Assembly (NCBI GenBank): GCA_028534125.1
Contig: CM052816.1
Span: 11,720,001-11,784,000 of the forward strand
Origin: Lama glama
Taxonomy: Eukaryota
Direction of reading: 5' to 3'
DNA length: 64,000 nucleotides
Below the pieces are notes generated by a model. It saw only the letters and a program-made list of their open reading frames with translations. It made no database searches and was not told the DNA's origin. The translations under genes were made by a program, and so were the position numbers. This document shows positions 25,330 through 36,749 of this stretch, piece by piece (the first letter of the stretch is position 1; every line of letters starts with the position of its first letter).

Positions 25330-25505
25330 ACATATGCCAGCTCTGCCTCTTAGAACTTGGTGACCTAGGATAAGTCATTTCATTCCTTCAAACCCCTGTC
25401 ACACACAGGGCTAATAACTGTACGCTCCTCTTAGGGCTGTGGTGAGGAATAAATGAGAGGGTGCATGTGAAATATTAAGCAAAGTGTGGAATACCCAGTA
25501 AAGGC
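25330..25505 (+). mobile_element. MIR SINE
   Basis: CAGCTCTGCC..GTGACCTAGGATAAGTCATTT..TAGGGCTGTGGTGAGGAATAAATGAGA. Confidence 0.75.
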
Positions 25506-25919
25506 TTTATTTCTAGTCTGCCCAGAGAGGGTTACTCTACTTGACATTCTTTCCTTGGTTTTCACTATTCATAATACTAGACAAAGCATCAATAGTAACT
25601 TTGATGTTTTCTTCCTTGTTTTCCCAGTTCTTACATAGGGTTCTCCAACTGAGCTCAAGATATTGGGCTCAAATGTATAAGGGCTCCCTGTCTGTTCCTT
25701 TTCCTGTGATGGCATCAGAATTGAGGACTAGTACTCCATCTTGGCTCTAACTCCATCCAAACCCTTAGGGACAGAGGTCCCAAGGAATCATATGTGGAGA
25801 AATAAGAGCGATGCCGTCTATCTTATCCCATTCATAACCTTATATTATGGTGCATATCATTGGTGTGCTGACAAGTAAATTGGGGTGTGGATGAAAACAG
25901 GGATCATAATGATTAAGAT

Positions 25920-26400
25920 AATAACATTGACATATATTGAACATGTACCATGTGTCAAGACATATTCTAATAGCCTTACATCTATTATATTGTTCAGTTC
26001 TTCCCCAAACCTTATGAGTAAGTGTTGTTATTAACATCCATATCTTGTTGCTGAGAAGGAAGGCTGATCACACTCTGATGAATGGTCTAGGTGGGATTAG
26101 AATGTCGCTCCCACCACTGACGCTTTGAACCACCACACTAGAAACATAAGGCAAGAAAGAGGGTAATGGTGACAACGGAAATCTACCAACAAACATTTCT
26201 TGAACGCTTGCTGTATTCCAGACACTGTACTAACTGTCTTACGTGTACGTTGTCTGATTTTTACAGCATTCTTGTGTGATAGTTTCTATTGTTACCTCCG
26301 TTTTACTTAGCAACAAATGAACTCAGAGACACTAAATAACTTTCTCAAAGTCATATGGCTAGCAAGTGGCAGAGCTAGGATTTGAACCCAGATCCTTCTG
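25920..26400 (-). mobile_element. Two adjacent MIR SINEs (about 25920-26140 and 26185-26400)
   Basis: Antisense MIR cores, e.g. CAAAGTCATATGGCTAGCAAGTGGCAGAGCTAGGATTTGAACCCAG. Confidence 0.8.
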
Positions 26401-27283
26401 GATTAGGTAAAATTTTTTGTGTGTTACAAAAAATTTCACAGTAGAACTTAGACAAGACATGTTGGTTAGCAACTTACATGAGATATTTAGGCTTAGTCTA
26501 CATCCAGATAAGATTTTTGTTGAGCCAGACTCCATTGACCCATTTTCTGCATCAGAATAAGGTATTTGTGTTTCCATGCCCAGAATAGAGGATTTGAGGA
26601 GCTTGGGAAGATGGCTCGAACAGTGCGTCATTTATGAGCACAAATCATTGTGAACAATGCTCCTTCCTGATTCCCTTTTCCTTTCTTCCTGGTATAAGCT
26701 CAGTGAAAACAGCTTTGAGGTGAGTCACATTCCCAGTGTGGGCTTAGACTTGTAAGATTGTTTTCTGACCCTTTTTTTCAATTATCGAGGTTGGAGTTGT
26801 GAACCTTCACCCTTTGGGGCAAGTGGCTGAACCACATGTGCCCAGCAAAACACAGCTTTTTGACCCTAGCTAGAAGTAAACAACAATTACCCTCACTTGT
26901 CAAAGCAGTCTCTTAGGAGAGGGAAAGTCAGCGAGGAAGTGGGCGATGCCTTTCAGTCAGTGTCGGAACAGCCAGAGGCCAGCGCCCCAGCATCGCAACT
27001 CAAGGTGGGAATCAGGAGCTGTCTAACTCAGACTTCCCCAGCAGACTCACAATTGGATGATGCCCGCTTGTGCATTGCATGATGACGCCTGGCCTGGGAA
27101 GTATTTGTTAATACCATGGAGGCGTGCAACAAATGACCACCATCTACATAATGAGGTAGATCAAATTGCTTCTCAGAGGCTGAATGTATGTGTCTATATG
27201 GATGCTAAAGCACAGGAGAATTAAAGCTCAGGGCTGCAGTGTTCTTTCAGAGAGTTGGCTTCCAATTAAAAGAAAAATAATAC

Positions 27284-27498
27284 TACATAAAATAGATAAA
27301 CAAGGTCCTACTTTACAGCACAGGGAATTATATTCAAAACCTTGTAATAGCCTATAATGAAAAAGAATGAAAAAATGTGTGTGTGTATATATAGATAGAT
27401 AGATAGATATCTATATATATATATCTGAATCACTAATGCTGTACACCAGAAATTAACACCACATTGTAAATAGACTATTTCAATAAAAAAAGTTATAC
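27284..27498 (+). mobile_element. Short L1 3' end with TSD and internal (TG)/(TAGA)/(TA) repeat
   Basis: CAGCACAGGGAATTATATTCAA..GTACACCAGAAATTAACACCACATTGTAAATAGACTATTTCAATAAAAAAA; TSD AAAAGAAAA(A)TAATAC at 27268-27283 and 27499-27513 at a TT/AAAA endonuclease site. Confidence 0.9.
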
Positions 27499-27529
27499 AA
27501 AAGAAAATAATACACATCTTTCAAGACTA

Positions 27530-28265
27530 GGCCAGTACCTGGGGAGGGCTTGGATTAAGGAATGGCATCTAGACACTTGCTTCCTCCTTTGCCCATTATT
27601 TCTCCATCCAAGGTGGACTGTTAGCTGCCTTCTAACTGGCACTGTCCTGGTTCTAGACCTCTGTGTTTCTCCTTGGACGATTATAACTATTAGGCTGCTG
27701 CTGTGCTACCAGCCACCACCTGGCTGCAACTCATTCTCTTCTCTACCCCTGGAAGGCCTTTTCTACCGTGTTGATTGTATTTTGTTACTCACAAGCTCTC
27801 AGTGCTCCGGTGAGTTCCATTTCAAACAGAACAAAGTCCCAGTTTCTTAGCCTGTCATTCAGCGACACTGATAATTTGGCTCTTGCTTGGTTTACAGACG
27901 CATCCTCTGCCTCAGTCACCAGAGTCTGATGGCTGCTTTCCTAAGTCATCATCATCTTTTCTGTTTCTACTTCTCTTTTGTCACTTTTCTCTAGACCAAC
28001 CCTCTGGCTTCATTCTCTCTTTGGTAAACCCCTCTTCATCCTTCAAGGCCCAGGTCCCAGGCTGCTCTTGGGAAATTTCATCCCTTATTCCCCAAGGTGT
28101 TTTACTTTCCTAATGATTTTATATTTAATTATTTAAATGTTTTTCTGGCTAGACTGGGAGCTTGAGGAGGTCAGAGTTTCTGTCTTTCTCCCTTTGAGCC
28201 ATCACCATCCATTGGCAATGAACAACACAAGTATAGAAACTTCATACGTGTTGATTAAGTTAAAT
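27530..28265 (+). mobile_element. L2 LINE 3' part
   Basis: CAAAGTCCCAGTTTCTTAGCCTGTCATTCA; TCATCCTTCAAGGCCCAG; CTAGACTGGGAGCTTGAGGAGGTCAG. Confidence 0.7.
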
Positions 28266-28689
28266 GGATTTTGTTCTCTCTCTTGTAGAAGTATATTTGG
28301 GAAAAGGAATTATAGTTAGCAGCCTTGAATTTGTCATCACCCATTTGCTGTATAACCTGAGGCAATCCACAGCTTCCTCACTTGCTCAACAGAAACAACA
28401 ATACCCACATCTCAGAGTCAAAGGAGAAACATTTGGAACAGTATCTGAGAGTGAAAAATAATATTCTACTGCGAATTACTGCTTTTAGTTAAGCAGATCA
28501 TTGTGGTTGTATGGCACTTGCTCTGGTGAAGGTGTGATCAGGAAGAAGTTTGAAATAAATGACCACCTCAGGTATTTTGATTGTTGTCCATGGAGTTAAC
28601 TATACCCCAGTAGTTTAATCAAGAAATTACTAAGCATGTAGGAATAAGACATTTCTCAGGCTTACAAACATAGGACTTCAGGGCTTGTA

Positions 28690-28910
28690 CTCGAATAGTG
28701 TTTTTTCAGAGAGCTCTTGGTCACCTAATCTAAAGTAGACACCCAGTTATTCTGTATCACATAATATTTTGTTTACTTTGTAACACATATGTTTTTGTTG
28801 TTGATATCTGTCACTGCAGTGTTGTCTCCTGTACAGGAAGCTGTATTCCTGTGCTTAGAACAGTAAGATATAGTAGACACCCAGTCAGTACTCATTAGGA
28901 AGTGAATTAT
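28690..28910 (+). mobile_element. L2 3' end
   Basis: CACCTAATCTAAAGTAG..GTATTCCTGTGCTTAGAACAGT..ATAGTAGACACCCAGT. Confidence 0.6.
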
Positions 28911-29885
28911 CTATCATTGAGGACAAGTGACAGGATTGTTAAATTACACACATAATCACAGTGCTCAGGATAATTCAAGTGAGATAATATACATTAAAGT
29001 ACTTTGTAAACCATTAAATTCTAAGAGCTGATTCATAATTGTGGTCTCTTGAAAAATCTTGGTCTGATCATTCGTGCACCATTTTTTAAATCCTTAATTA
29101 AGCTAGAGAGTTTGGTGTTATTTTTTTGTCATCATCCCCATTTCACAGATGAAGATGAGATGACAGAAGTTCCTGGCATACGGTAGGTGCTTGACAAGTG
29201 CTGGTTCTACATTATGCCTTTTGGTTTTTCAGTAGTCTCAATTCAGAAATTAAATGAACCATACTCAAGCCACACCAGGATACACAGCCTTTGTTCCCAC
29301 CTGGGACATTTTCAATTGTTCAGCTTGCTTTGTGACTCCAACTTGGCTTTGTGAACACCCAGGTTGGTTCCTTGTTCTGAGATATTTCATCATCAGATCT
29401 CTCCCTGCAAAAGAAGAGGCTGTGCAGAGAATTACACAGGAACCCAGTTTCAGCCGGGCAGCCCTCAAGCCTGCCCCACTTTCTCACCTCAGGTAATAGC
29501 TGAAGGACAAGTGCTTCTAGGTGTGCTTGCAGGTGGTGGTCTGTTAGACGAAAACACCTCCACCTGCCCAGATATCTGGTCCATCTCTCCAGAACTATCC
29601 CACCACAGTGGGCGGTGGTGAGGTCAGGGCCTGGCTCCTCTCCTGTGGCTGTTACTGTTATTGTTGCTATTATAATTATCCTAAACACAAAAACACTGTG
29701 AAGTAGGTATTTTCAGTGCCTCCTTACAGCTAAGAAAAATGAGACTCAGAGACCCAAGGCCATAGAGTTGAAATCTAAACCAGGCCTGTTGGGTTCAATA
29801 TATGTGTCATTTCCATGTTAAGTTTCGAGATGATCATTTGGTTTAAAAGAGTGAAGTTAAGTTTTTATTGTTATTGTTGTTACCA

Positions 29886-29887
<2 letters not shown>

Positions 29888-29920
<33 letters not shown>
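29888..29920. repeat. (TG)n microsatellite
   Basis: About 16 uninterrupted TG units. Confidence 0.97.
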
Positions 29921-29921
<1 letters not shown>

Positions 29922-30075
29922 TGATGAGAACACTTAAGATCTACTCTTAGTAAATATCAGATTTACAATACTATATTATTAATTATAGTCAGCATGCTGG
30001 ACATTAAATCTCTAGAGCGTGTTCACTCTATGTGACTGAAACTTTGTACCTTTGGATCAACAACTCCCTGTGCTC
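29921..30075 (-). mobile_element. L1MA-type 3' end fragment
   Basis: GAGAACACTTAAGATCTACTCTTAG..ACTGAAACTTTGTACCTTTGGATCAACAACTCCC. Confidence 0.8.
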
Positions 30076-31044
30076 CGGTTAACCAGCATTTCTTGTGTCT
30101 TCTTCTCAACTCCAGGAAAATGAGAAAGACTGAGTTAGTCAAGTCTGTTTAGTGTTTGCTCATGTATTCCCTTTTCTTGGAATTATACAGAGACTTTATA
30201 ACTAGTTTAAATGCTTTGACAAATTCAGTATGATTGCCTCTGGTTAGTACAGAGTGGTAATTAAGTCTGCAATTATATGTTCAGATTTTCATATTTTTCC
30301 TGTATGCACATTTTGACAGTAATTGAACAAGGCAGTATTTGCAATATCCATTCTGAAACTGTTTCACAATATTTCATTATATGCCAGATTAATTTGTTAA
30401 ACTCACATAACAAATGAAAACTTCAGTGTTGATCCAATTAATCCAACTGTGGGGCCTTTCTGCTAATATGCCTTAGCAGGGAAAACTGAAGGAGATGTTG
30501 GGCAAAGTGTCTAGAAAGATTAAGAGTATAATTGGGGGATGGAGGAGAGCCTGATGGTAAGCTTCATTTTCTCTTTTTCTAAGTTGCTCTTTTTTCCTCA
30601 TTAAATGCCATTTACTTCCTTGAAAATCAGTACAGTGGGAAGATGAATAAACATTGATGAGGTATGCATCTGATTCCTGAAAAGACCTGAGGAAATTTAA
30701 TTTTCTCTTTGGGTCTCTTGTGTGTGTAAATGAGAGACTCTGTGTGTGTGTTTAGTTCAGAATGAAGGGGTGTGGCCCAAAGCAAGATGGCATTTTGATT
30801 GTCTATGGCTGTATTATTTTTCATGTATTCCAGTGTAACTTACAAAGAGTGAGTGAATTAGAGTCCTTTTCACTATGGTAAAGCGTAGAGATGAAAGGTA
30901 TGGAAATACTAGACGGAATGTAAGATCCTTTTGCGTAGAAATGTTCTCTTTTCTGAAATGATGACAGGAAAGGAAACCTACACTCTGTTGGGTGAAGAGC
31001 CTTCTTGATAAAGTATTGGTGTATCTATTAGCTTCTGTCATTAT

Positions 31045-31530
31045 AGGCTTATTCATTTACATATGCAAGAAATGGTTCTTGAGTATTTATAGTGATCCTA
31101 GGCTTATGGTAAGTGCTGAGGACACTCTGGAGAGCAGAGTCAGATGTAGGTTTTCTCATGGAATTTAAAATCTAGTGCAGAGGCATATGCAATCACATAG
31201 CACTTCAGATATATAATGAAACTACATCTAATATAGATACTGTGTGGTGCTGAGCTTCATAAGGGCTTATAAAAGGAATACTTGACCTTGTCAGTGAGGT
31301 CAGGAAGGAATTCCCCTGGGGAAGTGATGCTTGCATTGAGATCAGATGGATGAAAGGGAAAGGTTAGCATGTTGAATGAGGGTGAATAGCTGGAAGTTGG
31401 GGGAGGGGACAATATATACAAAAATTCTGACATGGGAGAAATTACGGTTCAAGCAGAGCATAGGACTGGGAACATAGGACGAAATGAAGCTGGGAGAGAC
31501 TGGAAGGAACTGATACATGGCAGCCTTATG
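31045..31530 (-). mobile_element. L2 3' part
   Basis: TTCTTGAGTATTTAT..CTCATGGAATTTAAAATCTAGTG..GAGGTCAGGAAGGAATTCCCC..GAAGTGATGCTTG. Confidence 0.8.
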
Positions 31531-31534
31531 GATA

Positions 31535-31760
31535 ACAACAGTTAACGTTTTTTTGAGTGCTTATTATGTGCATGGTCCTCTTGTAAGTGTTTTACTGTGT
31601 TAACTAATTTCATCCTTATAAGGGTATGTGAAATTACACATTTCATTTTACTGATGAGGAGACTGAGACACAGAGAGGTTAAATGATTTGCCCAAGGTCA
31701 GTGGTAGAGTTCTAGAACTGTTATTTGAACATAAGTCTTGTTCTTAGGTAAAAAGCTCTT
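31535..31760 (-). mobile_element. MIR SINE
   Basis: CATTTTACTGATGAGGAGACTGAGACACAGAGAGGTTAAATGATTTGCCCAAGGTCA. Confidence 0.85.
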
Positions 31761-31839
31761 AACACAGGAGTATCCTTGGAAGGACAAAGCAGCAACTTTG
31801 GGTATCTGTCTGGATCTGTATGATGGCTAAGTATAGAGA

Positions 31840-31973
31840 GTCAGAGGAATTTCAGGGACTTCATGAATGTTATGAAACTGTATGGAAAATATATGTGCGT
31901 TTTTGTAGGAAAATGCTGTAGTTTTTTTTTTGCCAGATTCTCCCTGTAACTCAAAGTAAATTGAGAACCACTG
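31840..31973. mobile_element. hAT-Charlie MITE (MER103-like)
   Basis: Ends TTGAGAACCACTG (Charlie terminal repeat); internal CAGATTCTC and AAACTGTATGGAAAAT. Confidence 0.5.
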
Positions 31974-31994
31974 ATTATTCTAGATTATTGAAAA

Positions 31995-32186
31995 ATATTT
32001 TATTCTGATATAACTGTAGATCCACACTGAGGAGTAGGAAATGATACATAGGGATCCTGTGGCATCTTCATTCTGTTTCCCTCCATGGCAACATCTTGCA
32101 TAACCTATAGTACAATATCGTAACCAGGAAATTGACACTGGTGCAATCTACCAATGATATTCAGATTTCACCAGTTTTACATGGTA

Positions 32187-32230
<44 letters not shown>

Positions 32231-32490
32231 TCTGTGTGATTTTAATCACGTGTGGGTTTGCGTAACCACCACTGCAGTCAAGGTATAGAACATTTCCATC
32301 ACGAGGATCACCAGTTTGACATGTAACTCATTTGTGTGTGTATATTCGTGTGTGTGTGGATTTAGTGCTATGCGATTTTATCTTGTGTGGGTTTGTGTAA
32401 CCACAACCGCAGACAAGTTACAGAACATTTCCATCACGAGGATTCCTTGTGCCACCTTTTCATAGTCATAGACATTTCCTTTCCTGTCTC
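31995..32490 (-). mobile_element. L1MC-like 3' end containing a ~135-bp tandem duplication and (TG)n
   Basis: CAACATCTTGCATAACCTATAGTACAATATCGTAACCAGGAAATTGACA; duplicated units 32169-32308 and 32309-32443. Confidence 0.8.
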
Positions 32491-32789
32491 AATGATGTTT
32501 AAGGAACAATACCTGTATAGATTATTTTTAAGGAGAAGAGTTTATATGTTATTCTACTGTTATTGACCATATGAATCTGAGACATTGTTCTTTTTCCTTG
32601 CCATTGTTCAGTATTAAGTGGTTTATTTTATATTTAAAGGGTGATTAATGAACAAGATATCTCAGTTGGCTTTTGGTTAGTTATTTCTATGTAGTAGAAC
32701 ACTACAAAATTAATGAAGAGTTTTCCAAATGAGAAAATTTTATTTTTCAAATAAGAGAAGTCATCTTTCCTAACTTCACCATTCACTAG

Positions 32790-32969
32790 CTCTATGATGG
32801 TTGCACTCTACACAGCCTCTCAGACTAGCTTCTTTTCCTCTTTAGTTACCGTGACACTGACTATAAGCTGCTGTCATTATCATCGGTATTGTTATTCCCT
32901 GGCTATCTCTCTCATGATCCAGTTTTGCTACCCTTTGATACATTTTTCACAGAGCAGCCAGAACAATCT
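32790..32969 (+). mobile_element. L2 fragment, left half (right half resumes about 35455-35700)
   Basis: CACAGAGCAGCCAGAACAATCT joins AAAATTCAGAT..GCTTGAAATCATTCAGTGGCTTCCCATGGC, adjacent motifs in the L2 consensus. Confidence 0.7.
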
Positions 32970-33998
32970 TTCTTTTTTTCATTTTCATATTCTTTTTCAT
33001 TAAAGGTTATTATAAGATATTGAATACACTTCCCTGTGCTATACAGAAGAAATTTGCTTTTTATCTATTTGTATATATAGTGATTAACATTTGCAAATCT
33101 CAAACTCCCAAATTTATCCCTTCCCACCACCTGTCCCTTGGTAACCATAAGATTGTTTACTATGTCTACAAATCTGTTTCTGTTTTGTAGATGAGTTCAT
33201 TAGTGTCCTCTTTTTTCTTTTCTTTTCTTTTCTTTTCTTTTTTTTTTAGATTCCACATATGAGCAATATCATATGGTATTTTTCTTTCTCTTTCTGGCTT
33301 ACTTCACTTAGAATGATATCTCCAGGTCCATCCATATTTTATTCTTTTTTATGGCTGAGTATTCCATTGTAGAAATATTCCACAACTTCTTTATCTAGTC
33401 ATCTGTTGATGGACATTTAGTTTGCTTCTGTGTCTTGGCTATTGTAAATAAGTGTTGCTGTGAACATCAGGGTACATATATCTTTTTGAATTCGAGTTCC
33501 TTCTTGATATATTCCCAGGAGTGGGATTGCTGCATCATATGGTAAGTCTGTTTTTAGTTATTTGAGGAATCTCCATACTGTTTTCCATAATGGCTGCACT
33601 AAACTACATTCCCACCAGCAGTGTAGGAGGGTTCCCTTTCCTCCACACCCTCTCCAGCATTTATTTTTTGTGGACTTTTTAATGACGGCCATTCTGACTG
33701 GTGTGAGTTAATACCTTATTGTAGTTTTGATTTACATTTCTCTGATAATTAGTGATGCTGAGCATTTTTTCATATGCCTATAGGCCATTTGTATATTTTC
33801 ACTGGAGACTTGCTTGTTTAGGTCTTCTGCACATTTTTGGATTGGGTTGTTTTTTGTTATTAAGGTATATGAGCTGTTTATCTATTCTGGAAATTAAAGG
33901 GAATTACAAATCAAAACCATATCATTTGCATCATTTGCAAATATTTTCTCCCATTCCGTAGGTTGTCGTTTTATTTTACTTACGGTTTCTTTTGCTGT
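32970..33998 (-). mobile_element. Young L1, 5'-truncated (3'UTR plus ORF2 C-terminal end)
   Basis: Continuous antisense L1 motifs (CCATAAGATTGTTTAC, GGGATTGCTGCATCATATGG, ACATTCCCACCAGCAGTGTAGGAGGGTTCCC, TTTGCAAATATTTTCTCCCATTCC). Confidence 0.92.
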
Positions 33999-34005
33999 AA
34001 AATCT

Positions 34006-34802
34006 ACTAGTTTGTTGTATTGTTTAAAGTCACATGTAAGTGATATCATACAGTATTTGTCTCTCTCTCTGACTTATTTCACTTAGCATAATACACTCCA
34101 GGTCCATCCATGTGGTTACAAATGGCACAATTTCATTCTTTTTTATGGTTGAGTAATATTCCATTGTATATGTTTATCAAATCTTTATCCATTCATCTGT
34201 TGATGCACACTTAAGTTGCTTCTATATCTTGGCAATTGTAAATAATGCTACTATAAACATTGGGATGTGTGTATTGTTTTGAATTATTGCTTTGTGTTTG
34301 TTTTTCTTTTTTTTTTTTTAAATATATACCTAGGAGTGGAATTGCTAGGTCATATGGTAGTTCTATTTTTAGTTGTTTTTTTTTTTTGACTAATCTCCAT
34401 ACTGTTTTCCACAGTGGCTGCACCAATTTACATTTCCACCAATAGTGTACAAGGGTTCCCTTTCCCCACACCTTGCCAACATTTGTTATTTGTGGCCTTT
34501 TTGATCATAGTCCTTCTGACAGGTGTGAGGTGATATCTCACTGTGGTTTTGATTTGCATTTCCCTGATGATTAGTGGCGTTGAACATCTTTTCATGTGCC
34601 TGTTGTCATCTGCATTTTCTCTTTGGAAAAATGTTTGTTCAAGTCTTCTGCCTGTTTTTTAATTGGGTTGTTTTCTTTGTGGATATGGGGTTGTATGTGC
34701 TGTTTATATATTTTTGGATATTAACCCTTTATTGGTCATATAATTTGCAAGTATTTGCTCCAATTCTGTAGGTTGTCTTTTCATTTTGTTGATGTTTTCC
34801 TT
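34006..34802 (-). mobile_element. Inverted 5' segment of a twin-primed L1
   Basis: ORF track 34211-34471(-) [39 protein letters not shown] is the L1 ORF2 C-terminus; segment begins at the L1 position where the plus-strand segment at 34803 starts. Confidence 0.9.
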
Positions 34803-35085
34803 CAACAAACCAGTGACTATAACAAAAATGAAGCAGCTTCCAGATGTAGAGAACAAACTAGTGGTTACTGGTTGGGAATGAGGGGCAATGTAGAGGTAGG
34901 GGATTAAGAGATACAAACTATTAGGTGTAAAATAAGCTACAAGGATATATTGAACAATACAGGGACTATAACCAGTATTTTATAATAACTATAAATGGAG
35001 TATAACCTTTAAAAATTGTGACTCACCATGTTGTACACCTGTAACATACAATATTATACATCAACTATATTTTGATAAAAAGAAG
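34803..35085 (+). mobile_element. Non-inverted 3' terminal segment of the same L1
   Basis: Reverse complement of the 3' end seen at 52645-52935 (GAGAACAAACTAGTGGTTAC..AACCTTTAAAAATTGTGA..CAACTATA). Confidence 0.9.
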
Positions 35086-35749
35086 AAATGGTGACAATAG
35101 CAATATGAATGACATCAATTCATGTGATGAAATAAAATTTTTATAATTTTTCTCTGATAACAGTAACAAGTTATGGAACCTCATTACAAAGTTAGAACAT
35201 GATATGCAAAATTCAGTTTGCATCTGAATCTAAGTATTCCTTAGAGAATTTTATCAACAGTTTCAGTTGCTTTTGGCAGAGTCAAATTTCTCTAAAAGTA
35301 AATAAATAAGAAGTTAACTACAGTGTCCCAAGAAAATAACCTAATTTGCCATTACTCTTCATAAAACACAATGTATGTGAAAAACTTGATTACAACAATA
35401 TAATTTTGCTGAATTTAAAGCAAGAAAAAAACATATAGAATAATTTAAAAAATAAAAATAAAATTCAGATATATAATTTCTGTGCTTGAAATCATTCAGT
35501 GGCTTCCCATGGCTTCCTGGGCCAAACTCCATCTTCTTAGCCTGCTGCACTGGCCTCTTCCTGGCACTGCCACCAGCTTGCTCTCCAGCCTTTCTTGGTC
35601 CAGGTCCAGGAAGTCACTTGTCATCTCTTTCCCCTGAGCCATCACTTATACCTTTCAGACTCAGGATGCTGCCTCCTCCAAGAAGACCTCCTGGATTGTA
35701 GCTTTTTGTGTCCTTTCACTGTGCTTTCTTGAGAGCATTACAAAGTAAT

Positions 35750-35950
35750 TAAGAAATCAGATTTTGGAGTTGGGTTGATCTGGTCTTAAATTCCATCCCT
35801 GCCTTTAGTAAATGCATGATCTTGAATGACTCATTTCCTCTGAATCTCCGTTTCCATATTTGTGACCATAAGGACCCTGTGGGACTTGAATGAAAGAAAA
35901 CAGCACAATGAGTCACAGAACTGCTGTGGAGCAGAGCTCAGTAACTAGTG
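35750..35950 (+). mobile_element. MIR SINE
   Basis: CAGATTTTGGAGT..TGATCTTGAATGAC..CTCTGAATCTCCGTTTCC. Confidence 0.6.
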
Positions 35951-36749
35951 ACTTTTATAGCTATGAAGTTACTCTGTGCTCCCCCCTGGCATAGCACTAG
36001 TCTCACTGTCTAGTAAATGTTAACTTGCTGGTAAGGACTGTTTTGATGCCCTTAATTTCCAACACCTTCCACAGCGTGCTTAGATGTAGATGAGTGAGTG
36101 AATGAAGTAGACCAAGATGGGAGAGAAAACAGATCAGGTCTTCAGGTGCTTCAGTGTCCATTTTATTCAGAGACCTTCACTGATTGGCCTCAAGTCATTT
36201 TTTCAGTATGCTAGACAGATCCACCTTTAAATGCAAGCCCCACACTCATTCCAAACCCTAGTAGAAACAATCGATTTCTTTCAGGGTTTTGTTTTTTATT
36301 TTTAATTACTCATGTACTCATTCTTCAATCATTGAGAGTAAACTGAATCCTCTGTGTCTTTGAATAAAAGCTTGATTTTTGCTTGAGGGAAGAAACACTG
36401 GGTTAGAGGGAGAGAGACAGACGGTCTCGTGGGCAACTGTTGACCTGATTTGGAAACTGCATCCTGCCCGAAAACAGGAGGGTTCATAATGGGCTTTCCC
36501 TGTTGGGCTGGCAGTTTGTGAAGTGATGACGTGAGGGGATTCAACTGCCTGGAGATTTTTGATGGAAAATCCCTCAGCTATACACTATTTGGAACCTTTA
36601 AAAAGCCAGTACCGTTTGGAACATTTCATTGTGTCCAACTTGTGGGGCAGTGTGTATAACACATTCTCCCAGAGGTTGCTCGGCAACGGACCTGCAGTGG
36701 GAGGAGCTGGACACTGTGGTCCGTCCGAGGAAGAAGGGGCTTTGTGTCT

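Noticed and set aside
27079..27183. Box C (ATGATGA) ... box D (CTGA) pair suggesting a C/D snoRNA
   Set aside because: The terminal stem is poorly positioned and I see no clear rRNA/snRNA antisense element; such motif pairs are frequent by chance.
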